Shown piece by piece: positions 1 to 9,207 of a stretch of 63,456 nt of DNA. Both the position numbers and the translations under genes were made by a program. The notes beneath the pieces are model-generated. The model saw only the letters and a list, made by a program, of their open reading frames with translations, made no database searches and was not told the origin of the DNA. The stretch is from Limisphaerales bacterium (GTDB taxonomy: Bacteria; Verrucomicrobiota; Verrucomicrobiia; Limisphaerales; SIBE01). The stretch lies in contig JBGAIN010000029.1 in NCBI GenBank assembly GCA_044225505.1, positions 1 to 63,456 of the forward strand. Reading direction: 5' to 3'. Positions within the stretch are counted from its first letter, which is position 1; each line of letters begins with the position of its first letter.

Positions 1-178
1 CATCGCGGTGGGCGACCGAGCGTTTGTCGAAGAAATAGAAGCTCAGGTGCGGGGGCGCCAACAGATCGAAACGACCAAGGGACAGGATGGAAGCTGGATT
101 TTGCGGGAAGAACAGAGCCCGTTTTTTGTGCCCGAAAAGTCGCCCATGGGCTCGTTACGGGCTTCGATTCCATTGTAA
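1..178 (+). mobile_element. 3' end of a probable HUH/Y1 tyrosine transposase (RAYT/IS200-like), partial at the window edge
   Basis: Frame 2 is open from base 2 to TAA at 176-178 and reads IAVGDRAFVEEIEAQVRGRQQ...WILREE. IAVGxxxFVE resembles the C-terminal region of large Y1 transposases. Its 3' DNA recurs in three nearby elements. The catalytic N-terminus is outside the window. Confidence 0.5.
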
Positions 179-196
179 CCAACTTGGACTAAAAAG

Positions 197-261
197 CTTG
201 CTCTGGTCCGACGAGGCCAACAGCAGCCTTTTGCTCTTGCTCTGGTCCGACGAGGCCAACA
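197..261 (+). repeat. Tandem duplication of a 26-bp element end (CTTGCTCTGGTCCGACGAGGCCAACA x2)
   Basis: Identical copies at 197-222 and 236-261. The core CTCTGGTCCGACGAG is the reverse complement of the left end of the elements at 956, 2614 and 5214. Confidence 0.9.
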
Positions 262-262
262 T

Positions 263-727
263 GTCTGGACCCGGTTCCTGCGGCGAAACCGATCCAAGAG
301 TCATCTGCTGGCGATGGAAGTCGAGCGCTTGATCCAAGCCGATTCTGTGCAGATGCCTGGCCCCATACGCCAGGAACTGCTGTCCGGCGCGCAACCGCAG
401 GAGCGCTTTGCGCAGCTCAAGGACTATTGGCGCTTCTATCCCAACCTCCCGTTGGACGAAGAGGATGACGAGAACGCCGCCCATTATTACAACCTCTGCC
501 GCCAAAAGGGCATCCAGAGCACAGGGACGGACTTGCTCATCTGCGCCGTGGCGGTGCGGCACGGGTTGAGGATTTTCACGACTGACTCCGACTTTGATCA
601 CTACGCCCAGCACCTGCCCATCCCCGTTACTCCTTCCCAACCAGGCGGGGATGACCGGACGGAGGTTCTAGCGGCTATTATTTGCCGGTCGTTCGTCTTA
701 AGTAAGAGAGTGGAGCCGTGTGAATGA
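263..727 (+). pseudogene. vapC: VapC-family PIN-domain toxin, N-terminally truncated
   Basis: PIN motifs QELLSG, DLLICAVA and IFTTDSDF are present. In frame upstream of ATG 314 the sequence reads VWTRFLRR, but the preceding VLVDT motif with the first catalytic Asp is replaced by the repeat ending at 261. No antitoxin gene is adjacent. Confidence 0.7.
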
Positions 728-955
728 ACGCCCCTGACTCTGAAAACCCGGTGTGCGAACAGTGTGGCGGTGGAAAGTGATCCGCTACGGGCGACCAATC
801 TTCTCGAGAAAGTCTCCTTCGTTATGAAGGGCGGTAGCGTTCACAAGAACCACGTGGGCGTTGATCGACGCTGATGCCCGAGGCATTCCTGGGGCGTCAC
901 GCTAGGGAGTGCTGGTACTCCCCAGGATTCTCAAGCAACATTTCCGCCAAGTCAT

Positions 956-1130
956 TGATTCTCGTCGGACCAGAGGAAATGGCTGAGCCGAAGGAGGATG
1001 AGCGCGGGGAGCTCAAAGGGTGCATGGCTCAATTATCGTGACCGAAATGTCGCTTGTAGGCTCGAGACCGGCTTCGATTCCATTGCCGACAATCTGGCCC
1101 AAGATCCCTCGCTACGGTCCGACGAGGACA
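956..1130 (+). mobile_element. Non-autonomous MITE-like element, copy A
   Basis: Left end TGATTCTCGTCGGACCAGAG and right end GGTCCGACGAGGACA are inverted. The internal CCGAAATGTCGC...GGCTTCGATTCCATTG matches 132-175. Confidence 0.8.
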
Positions 1131-1330
1131 AAGGGTGCTTGAGGCACTCTTCGACCGCGCGTTACTAGGCGTGACGGGCGTGGACAAATTGAACGATCCG
1201 AAAGGTTTTCTGAATCCGGGATGAGACTTCGATCTGGACGGAGCGCCTCGCCTCATCCGGAGCCAGCACGGCAAGTTTGCGCAAAAGCATTTGCCGAAGC
1301 GAGTTTCATCTGTGCAACTTTTCCACCAAG

Positions 1331-2530
1331 ATGAGCCTGCGAATTCAAAGAATACTTCGCTTGATACAGTGCCTCGGCCTGTGCTTGATCACATGCTCGA
1401 CGGCACAGGCCGCAGCCCCGGCCCCGCCCAAGGAACCCACGGCGGGCGGGAAACGCCTGGGGGATTTGCTGATGGACTTGGATCCGAATACTCCTGCGCA
1501 GCTCGCCTTGCCCTTCCGGCAGTTTGGTTCCAACGCGATCCCGTTCCTGCTCTACGTCGTCGGTCAGACAAACCTCTCCGTGCGCAACTCCCCGTTGGTT
1601 CTGCGCGTCTGGCGAAAAGCGGGTGTGCGGCCGACGCCCGCAATGTTGAATCAAATTCGCGAGCGGGCGGCCCGAGCCATTGGGGAAGTGGCATCCAACA
1701 GTTCGTTCGCGGTCCCGTCGATCGTTGCCCTCTTGCCAGACGATGATTTCGTCGTATCGCAGAATCTCGCGGCTTCCCTGGGACGCGTCGCCCCCAAGGA
1801 CACGAACGCATTGACGGCGCTGGCGTCGCTGTCCAGCCAACTCGCGACGGCCTACCCGGAGGCGTCCAACTCGCTGCCATCGACCAGTTCCAGTGCTTTG
1901 GCGAGTCAAAGCCAGCAAGCCATCTTCGCCCTAATATCGTTGGCCTCGGCGACAAATGTCCTGCCGCCAGTCCGGGGAGAATGCCTAGTGGCATTGGCGG
2001 AAATCGGCTCCGAATCACCTGACATGGTTCCGAGCCTCGTGCGAGTATTCTCGAAAGAAGCGCCAAAGGTACGAGCGGCCCTGGTCTCATCGGCCGTCCG
2101 CTTTGGACCGAGTGCCATTCCGCTGCTTCTTGCGGCTGCGAGGGACGCCGACGCGTCGACGCGCCGAAGCGCTGCTGCGGGCATCGCCATGCGCGCGGTC
2201 TTTCTGCGGAGTTGTATCACCAACGCCGATCTGGTCGCGAGCATGGCGACGTGTTGCAAAGACGTCGACGGCCGGGTACGGGCCAACGCGGTGAGTGCTC
2301 TCGCGTTCCTTCATCCAATCGAAGAGCCATCCATCACCTCTTTGGCCACGGCGTTGAGCGATCCTGACTCGCAAGTGCAATGGGCTGCCATCCAGAGTCT
2401 GCGCACCCTGGGACCTCGCGCGATCAGCGCTGTCCCCGCGCTCCGGAGGTTGGCCAATGAGAATGCCCTCATGCGCGATACGGCGGTTCACGCGATCCAG
2501 CAAATTGAGGGTAAGCTGGCCCCGCCTTAG
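1331..2530 (+). CDS. Secreted HEAT-repeat protein
   Basis: N-terminal signal peptide (AQA) and repeated LxDxDxxVRxxA-type HEAT units. Start moved to ATG 1331. Confidence 0.8.
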   Translation: MSLRIQRILRLIQCLGLCLITCSTAQAAAPAPPKEPTAGGKRLGDLLMDLDPNTPAQLALPFRQFGSNAIPFLLYVVGQTNLSVRNSPLVLRVWRKAGVRPTPAMLNQIRERAARAIGEVASNSSFAVPSIVALLPDDDFVVSQNLAASLGRVAPKDTNALTALASLSSQLATAYPEASNSLPSTSSSALASQSQQAIFALISLASATNVLPPVRGECLVALAEIGSESPDMVPSLVRVFSKEAPKVRAALVSSAVRFGPSAIPLLLAAARDADASTRRSAAAGIAMRAVFLRSCITNADLVASMATCCKDVDGRVRANAVSALAFLHPIEEPSITSLATALSDPDSQVQWAAIQSLRTLGPRAISAVPALRRLANENALMRDTAVHAIQQIEGKLAPP

Positions 2531-2613
2531 AACTAGCTCAGTCCCCTCCAATGCGGATCCCCAAACCGAATCGCCCAACGCACGCCTGCAGTCAACGATC
2601 CGCTTGATTATCT

Positions 2614-2729
2614 TGATTCTCGTCGGACCCGAGGAAATGGTTGAACAGGAGTAGGGTGAGTTCGACGAGGGGAGCTCAAAAAGGTGCATGGCTCAATTTT
2701 CGTGACCGAAAAGTCGCTTGTAGGCTCGA
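2614..2729 (+). mobile_element. MITE-like element, copy B (right end missing)
   Basis: TGATTCTCGTCGGACCCGAGGAAATGG...GGGGAGCTCAAA...GTGCATGGCTCAATT...CCGAAAAGTCGCTTGTAGGCTCGA, highly similar to copy A. Confidence 0.8.
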
Positions 2730-2835
2730 TCGAGCCCTCCCAGCCGTTGGACGCCTCGCTGGCTGGCGATTTCAGGCGGTGAGCCCTGAGCGGGCTTGAC
2801 CTTAGTCCCTCGGTTGGAGTAGAGCTTTTTCCACC

Positions 2836-5172
2836 TTGATTCCTACGCCCGGTGTCGATCTTCTGTCAACCATTCATTGCACAATGCGAAACAGGCAAGT
2901 ACTCCACGGTGGACCACGCGCAAAAGGTTCATCAATCACCCGACAACCTGGCAGCCCCACTTCCGGCAGGCTCTCTCCCACCGGACACCCATGGCCGCTT
3001 TCCGCCCGCTGCTGGGTTCTGACCACTCTGCTTGTTCCGAGCATCTTTACCGCCGGTTCGATCCAGGCAAACGCGCAGGAGAACCCTCCCTCCGTAACTA
3101 CCGCGGCAGCGTCAGCGGGGCCGTCGGGAGGGGCTGCTCAGTTGCCTGAGGTCGTCGTTACCGCAACCCGCACTGAGGAGACCTCGGCCTCGTTGCCCTA
3201 TTCGATTAGCGTGGTGGGAAGGCAGGAATTGCTGTGGGACTTGCCACGGACCACGCCTGAGGCGTTGCGGGAGTTGCCGTCGGTGATGCTGCAAAAGACA
3301 GCCCACGGCCAGGGTTCCCCTTACCTGCGCGGGTTTACCGGCTTTCGCACGCTCATGCTGGTGGACGGCATCCGCTTGAATAACTCCACCTTTCGGGATG
3401 GCCCGAATCAGTATTGGAACACGGTCGACGCGATGGCGCTGGAGCGTCTTGAGGTCGTGCGGGGCCCCAGCTCCGCATTGTATGGCAGCGATGCCATCGG
3501 TGGCACCGTGAATGCCATCAGCACCGAGCGAACGCAGTTTGAAAATGGCGTGGACTGGGATCGGCGCCTGTTTTACCGCTATTCTTCGGCTGAGCAGTCG
3601 CACATCGGACGGGCAGAGGTCAGCGGAAACGTCGATCAAACGTTGGGCTTTCATCTGGGCGGCACTTGGAAGGAGTTCGGCGACCTGCGCGGAGGCGCTG
3701 ATGTCGGTAAACAGCCGCGAACGGGCTATACCGAGAAAGACCTGGACGCCAAGTTGCAGTTTTATATCGCTCCAGACTCATGGTTGGTCTTTGGGCACCA
3801 GACGGTCGACATCGACGATGCATGGCGGACGCACAGTACCATTTACGGAGTGCTTTGGTCCGGAACGACCCGCGGGAGTGACCTCAGCCGGGTGTTCGAC
3901 CAGAATCGCGACCTGGACTACATCCAATACCACGCTACCAACCTCAACGGATTTGCCCAAGAATTGCACGTCAGCGTGTCACGGCATTACCAGGCTGAGG
4001 TCGAGAGTAGAACTCGAAGCAACCAAGCGAGGGAATACCAAGGCGTAGACGTGAACACGCTGGGTGTCTCGGTGCAGCTCCAGAGCCAATCGCCCGTGGG
4101 CCGTTGGGTATATGGCACCGAGTACTACCGGGATTGGGTGGACTCTTTTTACCGCGGCTACAATGCCGCAGGCAGTCTGACCAGTCGAAGGATTCAGGGA
4201 CCGGTGGGTGATGAGGCGTCGTATGATCTCGCTGGCGTTTATGCTCAGGATACCATCCCGCTATTCGACGATCGGCTCGAAGTGATCTTGGGCGGGCGCT
4301 TCACCTACGCCGCGGCGGACGCAGACCGTGTTCAGGATCCGTTCACAGGGCAAAACCTTGCCCTATCTGATTCCTGGAATAATGTGGTGGGCAATGGAAG
4401 GCTGCTTTACCGGCTTGATCCCGAAGAACACTGGACACTGTTTGCCGGGATCTCTCAAGGATTCCGCGCACCCAATCTGTCGGATCTTACCCGCTTTGAC
4501 ATCGCCCGGAGCGGCGAGCAGGAGATTCCAGCCTTTGGGCTGCGACCGGAACATTTCTTGTCGCCAGAAGTTGGCGTGAAAGTCGGGTACGAGAGAGTCG
4601 CGGCTGAGGCGGCCTATTTCCGCACGTTCATGGATGATCTGGTCGTGCGGGTGCCGACTGGTGACACGACCCCCAATGGCGACCTCATCGTCAACAAGGA
4701 AAACTCAGGCGAGGGTTATATCCACGGCGTTGAACTGACCGGCAGCCTCAAGCTGCACCCGGAGTGGACTCTCTGGAGTAACTTTACCTGGATGGAGGGC
4801 CGGTTGGACACACCCGTGGTCGCCGGAGGCAGCACGGCGACTGAGCCCGTGAGCCGCCTCATGCCCACCACGGTCAACTATGGGCTCGAGTGGCGGCATC
4901 CCAGCCAGCGGTATTGGGCCGAATTCTCGGGAACGCTGGCCGCGCGCCAGGAGCGGTTGGCTTCCAACGATATTCGAGACACTCAGCGCATCCCGGTGGG
5001 TGGCACACCAGGATACTCCACCTTCAGCCTCCGGGCGGGGTGGCGCCCCATCACTCACCTGACTTTATTAATCGCCGTGGAGAATCTGACCGATGAAGAC
5101 TACCGGATTCATGGCTCGGGAGTGAACGAGCCGGGCCGCAACTTCATCGTCTCGGCGGATATTCGGTTTTGA
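2836..5172 (+). CDS. TonB-dependent outer-membrane receptor (start uncertain)
   Basis: TonB box-like EVVVTATR, plug motif RGPSSALYGSDAIGG, FRAP motif, ENLTDEDY...PGRNF and a C-terminal Phe. Confidence 0.93.
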   Translation: MIPTPGVDLLSTIHCTMRNRQVLHGGPRAKGSSITRQPGSPTSGRLSPTGHPWPLSARCWVLTTLLVPSIFTAGSIQANAQENPPSVTTAAASAGPSGGAAQLPEVVVTATRTEETSASLPYSISVVGRQELLWDLPRTTPEALRELPSVMLQKTAHGQGSPYLRGFTGFRTLMLVDGIRLNNSTFRDGPNQYWNTVDAMALERLEVVRGPSSALYGSDAIGGTVNAISTERTQFENGVDWDRRLFYRYSSAEQSHIGRAEVSGNVDQTLGFHLGGTWKEFGDLRGGADVGKQPRTGYTEKDLDAKLQFYIAPDSWLVFGHQTVDIDDAWRTHSTIYGVLWSGTTRGSDLSRVFDQNRDLDYIQYHATNLNGFAQELHVSVSRHYQAEVESRTRSNQAREYQGVDVNTLGVSVQLQSQSPVGRWVYGTEYYRDWVDSFYRGYNAAGSLTSRRIQGPVGDEASYDLAGVYAQDTIPLFDDRLEVILGGRFTYAAADADRVQDPFTGQNLALSDSWNNVVGNGRLLYRLDPEEHWTLFAGISQGFRAPNLSDLTRFDIARSGEQEIPAFGLRPEHFLSPEVGVKVGYERVAAEAAYFRTFMDDLVVRVPTGDTTPNGDLIVNKENSGEGYIHGVELTGSLKLHPEWTLWSNFTWMEGRLDTPVVAGGSTATEPVSRLMPTTVNYGLEWRHPSQRYWAEFSGTLAARQERLASNDIRDTQRIPVGGTPGYSTFSLRAGWRPITHLTLLIAVENLTDEDYRIHGSGVNEPGRNFIVSADIRF

Positions 5173-5213
5173 GAGGGTGTTGCGCTGACAGGCCGACCAG
5201 TCGCTATATTTTC

Positions 5214-5345
5214 TGATTCTCGTCGGACCAGAGGAAACCGATGAAGGGGAGGAGAATTAGTGCGGTGAGGGGGGCGCAAAAGGGGATATGGCTAGTTTTT
5301 CGCGCCCGAAAAGTCGTCCATCGGCTCAATACCGGCTTCGGTTTC
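5214..5345 (+). mobile_element. MITE-like element, copy C (diverged, right end missing)
   Basis: TGATTCTCGTCGGACCAGAGGAAA...CCCGAAAAGTCGTCCATCGGCTC...CCGGCTTCG, similar to copies A and B and to 131-168. Confidence 0.75.
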
Positions 5346-5546
5346 TAAGCATTCTCTTCCCTACTTCGGGTCGCACTTGCAAGAATCACCGCTTGTGTTT
5401 TGCTGTGGTTTTCCGTCCGTTCCAAGAGGCGTCTACAAGGGCAGGGCAAGGCTCGTGATTTCCTCGACTTGTCTTTCCAAATTGCTACCGATTAATGGAG
5501 AAACTTGGTTCGCGCACTCGGGCGGACTTCGCCTGCCTGGTTGTCA

Positions 5547-6785
5547 CTAACAGGTGAGCCGCTCCGGCCATGCCGAAGCATCGAAGCCGCTCTCCGTTGC
5601 CGAGTTATCCACCTCGTCCAACGCGGAGGGCGACGCCCACCAAGCTCCAACTTCTGCAGCCGTTCGATAGTGCCTTTCAATCAGTTTTGCATTGAGCGCA
5701 CGGAGGTCGCTGGCGCCTTTGGAAACCTCACTCCATTTCCGATACCATTCAACGGTATCTTCCACGCCTTGCTCGAGGGTGTACGCTGGACGCCATCCAA
5801 GCCTCTGCCGAGCTTTGTCCCATGAGAGAGCCTGCGTCGCAAATGGTTCGTTCCGAAGTTTGCCAATCAGGGGCTTGATGTTGTTACCCCATTTCTCGCA
5901 AATTAGCGTTGCTAAGCGATCATTCGGGACTCCGCTTTGCTCCTCAGGCCCGAAGTTAAACGCTTCCCCTTGAACCCCACTTTCGTCGAGTCGTGACATG
6001 AGCGACATGTAGCCGGTTACCACGTCAAGTCCGTACGTGTAAGGGCGAGTGAAGGATGGTGAGAAAATTACCGGCGCTTTACCGGCGATCAACGCTTCGA
6101 AACAGTCCGCCGCAATTCGGCCCGCCCCTTTGGTCTGACTGGAGGTGTAGAAATCCCCGCCGACCAGCACGTTGCCAGCACGTGCGATCCCAATTCGCTT
6201 GCCTACTTTTTCCAGGCGACCACTATAGTCCCCGATGATCTTTTCGGCGCAAGCCTTGGAAATCGCGTAAGTACCGGAGGCAAAGAGAGGGTCTTCTTCC
6301 ACCCAAAAATCGTTCTCTTTGGCTTTGTAGACCTTGTCCGTGGTCACAAAGACGCCGTACTTGGCTCTCGGGGAAGCCCGAAGTGCTTCCAGGACTGTCG
6401 CCGTGCCCAAAGTATTGGACCGGTAAGTTTCGACGGGGCGCGCCTCGCAGTCATGGACCAAAACAAGCGCCGCGAGGTGAAAGACGCAATCCTGTCCGGC
6501 CATGATATCGTGGAGATCTGAGGAGTTCGTTACGTCCATCTTCCGGAATCGAATGCGTTCCTTAAGACCTGCGAGAGCAAAGTTCGAAGTCGGATCAGGC
6601 TCACGGATGTCCACACCGCTCACGATAGCTCCCAGTTCGAGGAGAGCCGAGCACAACCATGTGCCCTTCACCCCCGCTGCTCCGGTCACCAAAACATGTT
6701 TTCCCCTGAAGAAGCCGCCGAAGGCATTCTGGTAAGCGCTGTCGAGAACAGCATCCGATCGTCGCTTGATGCAGTACGATTTCAT
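5547..6785 (-). CDS. NDP-sugar 4,6-dehydratase, CDP-glucose 4,6-dehydratase (RfbG)-like extended SDR
   Basis: VLVTGAAGVKG Rossmann motif, TTDKVY, YAISK (YxxxK) and ARAGNVLVGGD are typical of the RfbG family. Start taken at ATG 6785. Confidence 0.8.
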   Translation of the reverse strand: MKSYCIKRRSDAVLDSAYQNAFGGFFRGKHVLVTGAAGVKGTWLCSALLELGAIVSGVDIREPDPTSNFALAGLKERIRFRKMDVTNSSDLHDIMAGQDCVFHLAALVLVHDCEARPVETYRSNTLGTATVLEALRASPRAKYGVFVTTDKVYKAKENDFWVEEDPLFASGTYAISKACAEKIIGDYSGRLEKVGKRIGIARAGNVLVGGDFYTSSQTKGAGRIAADCFEALIAGKAPVIFSPSFTRPYTYGLDVVTGYMSLMSRLDESGVQGEAFNFGPEEQSGVPNDRLATLICEKWGNNIKPLIGKLRNEPFATQALSWDKARQRLGWRPAYTLEQGVEDTVEWYRKWSEVSKGASDLRALNAKLIERHYRTAAEVGAWWASPSALDEVDNSATESGFDASAWPERLTC

Positions 6786-7246
6786 CTTAGATCGTTGTTT
6801 GCTTGTGGTTGAATGCCCCGCGTTCGATAGCGGATCTGCCGCACATGAACGGACAGCCTTCGTCATCAGATTGGCACAAGAACTGAGACGGATGCACTGC
6901 TGCACCTGAAAAGTTAGCACGGCAGCAAAGGCGCCACAATTAGGCAATCCCTATTTAGCAAGGTAGGAAAAACCTATAGTCAGTGGCCAAGGCTGCAGAA
7001 AGCCTTCCACCCATGAACATCGTTCGCATGGCTCGAATGATTCTCTGTTTAGGGTCCGGTGATACCAAATACTGACTCTTTATAGGATTCGATCAACTGA
7101 TCGGTAACACTCGACATGTGCATCCCGTCCGCAACGGAGGCAAGAGCTGTCGTAGCCAGATCGGGAAGTGAGCGGTTCGGTTTCAGAGGAACTGGCCTTT
7201 CAAGAGACGTTTCGCGAATAGGGCCCCGGAATGTAAGTCGCTACCG

Positions 7247-7777
7247 CTAGCGCCGTTTCTCACTCCAGTGGAGTGCAAGTTGCTGAACGCACATACAGCC
7301 AAGCCGGAGCTCTTCTGGGTCAGTCAATTCTTCGATGACTTCATCGCGCTTGAGGATTTGGCCCAGCCAAGCGACGTCGATAAAGGCCACGGGGCTCGAC
7401 TTATTGGTCGATAATACAACTTGAAGGTTCAACGACTGATATCGCTGGAGCATATCGGACGCAACCTCTGGTCGGTTGATCAATTCCTGCAATGGTGGCA
7501 ACAAATTCATTGCAGCGGCGAGACCTTCCTCAAGCGCGTTGAGCGCATAAATGTCGCTTCTAAGAGGACATTGAAGGCATGACTCGGCAAGTGCATCTGT
7601 GGACATGTGCGAAAAAGTCTCCGTCGGGATTTGAAGCGTTCCATACACGTCCTCCACTTTCTCCCAGCCCGGTAGGCCAGGCCTTGGATTGTATACCTCT
7701 GGAGTAACGATCGAGTAGGATTGAGCCGAAACTGACAGCCGTAGGCAGAGCGAAGTTACAGGCAGCACGAGTCGCAT
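7247..7777 (-). CDS. Hypothetical secreted protein, possibly 3'-truncated
   Basis: 176-aa ORF with an upstream GGATAAAGG, a signal-like N-terminus and globular composition (Y-x-P-x-PG-x-x-x-W, QIP...STDAL...CL.CPL). No recognised family. Confidence 0.55.
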   Translation of the reverse strand: MRLVLPVTSLCLRLSVSAQSYSIVTPEVYNPRPGLPGWEKVEDVYGTLQIPTETFSHMSTDALAESCLQCPLRSDIYALNALEEGLAAAMNLLPPLQELINRPEVASDMLQRYQSLNLQVVLSTNKSSPVAFIDVAWLGQILKRDEVIEELTDPEELRLGCMCVQQLALHWSEKRR

Positions 7778-7980
7778 TCGCCTTTATCCATAAGGAGCGG
7801 TACCTTTGTGTCGATACGTGAAGGCTGTCGAACCAGAAGAAATCGCCGCGTTAGAAGGGGTTGAGTCCGATGAAAAGAGCTCGAAAGAGAGCAGGGGCTT
7901 TTTCTTTATCCACGACAGGTGGTCTATAAGTGCAAGACCGGTTTCAATTTCAATGGAGCCATCCAGCCCAAAGATCTTGA

Positions 7981-8255
7981 TAGTGTGGTGACCGCTAAGT
8001 CCTTATACTTTCGTTGCGCTCAAAATGGGTCCTGGCGAGGCGCGACGACAGAGGATAGCCCGCCGCGCTCTCTGACCGAGGAGCAACGAAGCCAAGACCC
8101 ATTTTCAGCGCAACTCTTTGGGCGGCCGTTCTTTTGCGCGCCCGCCGCGTTCCTCGCTCGTTAAAGACCGCTCCGGGTTTGCGCCTCGCTCGCGCCTTGC
8201 GGGCGCGCCAAAACCCTCGCCGCGAAAGTGCAAGGACTTAGCGGTCACCACACTA
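7981..8255. mobile_element. 275-bp MITE with 33-bp terminal inverted repeats
   Basis: 7981-8013 (TAGTGTGGTGACCGCTAAGTCCTTATACTTTCG) matches the reverse complement of 8223-8255 with 2 mismatches. Both ends are TA. There is an internal inverted pair GTTGCGCTCAAAATGGGTC / GACCCATTTTCAGCGCAAC. Confidence 0.85.
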
Positions 8256-8320
8256 GATCGCTGGCTGTGCCTGGATGTGATGCTTCGCGATGGGGGGATG
8301 GAGGGCGACGAAGGCGGGGG

Positions 8321-8400
8321 GATTACGATTACGATTACGATGAAGATTACGATTACGATGAAGATGAAGATGAAGATGAAGATGAAGATGAAGATTACGA
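8321..8400. repeat. Hexamer microsatellite (GATTAC/GATGAA)n
   Basis: About 13 consecutive hexamers of two variants. Confidence 0.95.
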
Positions 8401-8466
8401 GGGAAAGACCAAGATGGAAACGGTTGGGGAATAGAAATATGAGGGGTTTCCGACGAGCCTGGACAG

Positions 8467-8518
8467 AAAAGCGCCAGAGGTCTGGCGCACTCCAAGACGC
8501 TGGCGCGCAAGGACTAAG
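8467..8518 (-). repeat. GGAG-type REP element
   Basis: The minus strand reads GGAG-T-GCGCCAGA-CC-TCTGGCGC, a tetranucleotide followed by a perfect 8-bp hairpin. Confidence 0.7.
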
Positions 8519-8911
8519 GCTCTTTCGAGATTCGTTTGACGCATGGTCGGAGGTAGCGCCGGGGATGTCGGCGGCCTTGGGCGCCTGGTCGTTCGCTGCG
8601 GCTCACTTCCTTGGCGCACTATCGCGGTTTCTGCCTTCGGCACGCTGACAACAATTTGTTGACGGAGTGTGCGACAAATCGGCCATTTGACGCATGGATT
8701 GGGAACGGTCCGTTCCCAAACCGAGGCTCGGGTGGTGACGAAAAGTCTCCAAATCAGGGCCGCGCATCGACGGCTGCATCCCTTGCGACAGTATTTCCGC
8801 CTCGGTGCTCCGGCGTGGCGACTGACGTGTCCCGTCCGCAAATTGCGGACGACTGTCGGCGCGACCGATCCGAGGAATGGTTGCGTTGGGGGCTTGCGTG
8901 GCTCTCGGGAC

Positions 8912-8963
8912 AAAACGCCAGCACCTTGGAAGCACTTCAAAACGCTGTCGCGCAAGGACTAAG
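8912..8963 (-). repeat. Degenerate second copy of the 8467 REP unit
   Basis: AAAACGCCAG...GCACTTCAAAACGCTGTCGCGCAAGGACTAAG aligns with 8467-8518. Confidence 0.65.
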
Positions 8964-9207
8964 CGCTGCACCAGACCGCCCCGGGCTCGCCTTCGATCGC
9001 CTCGACCCGTTGTTGCGGAGGATCGCGACCTGGGAAGGTCGCTCCACGTCGCTGGCAAAAATTCCCGAACGCCCTCCTTAACGCCTGAATCAGCGCTAGT
9101 TGCACTCCAATCAGCAATTGCTGATCGCCTGCTGCGAACGGCGTCAGGAACCCGGAGTTTGATTCCACCTCGACGCTTCGTCGACGACAGAGGGGCGGAA
9201 GCAAACT

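Noticed and set aside
197..261. Two 26-bp direct repeats as a mini-CRISPR
   Set aside because: Only two units with a 13-bp spacer and no cas genes. The sequence is explained as a duplicated mobile-element end.
634..697. attC site at the vapC 3' end (CCCAAC...GACCGG/CCGGTC-GTTCG)
   Set aside because: The arm spacing is strongly asymmetric and it lies within the ORF, so it is only a weak hairpin.
2753..2900. Cobalamin or TPP riboswitch, or MerR-type promoter, ahead of the TonB receptor
   Set aside because: No B12-box or TPP core was recognised. TTGACC-N18-TAGAGC lacks the dyad expected for MerR-family operators.
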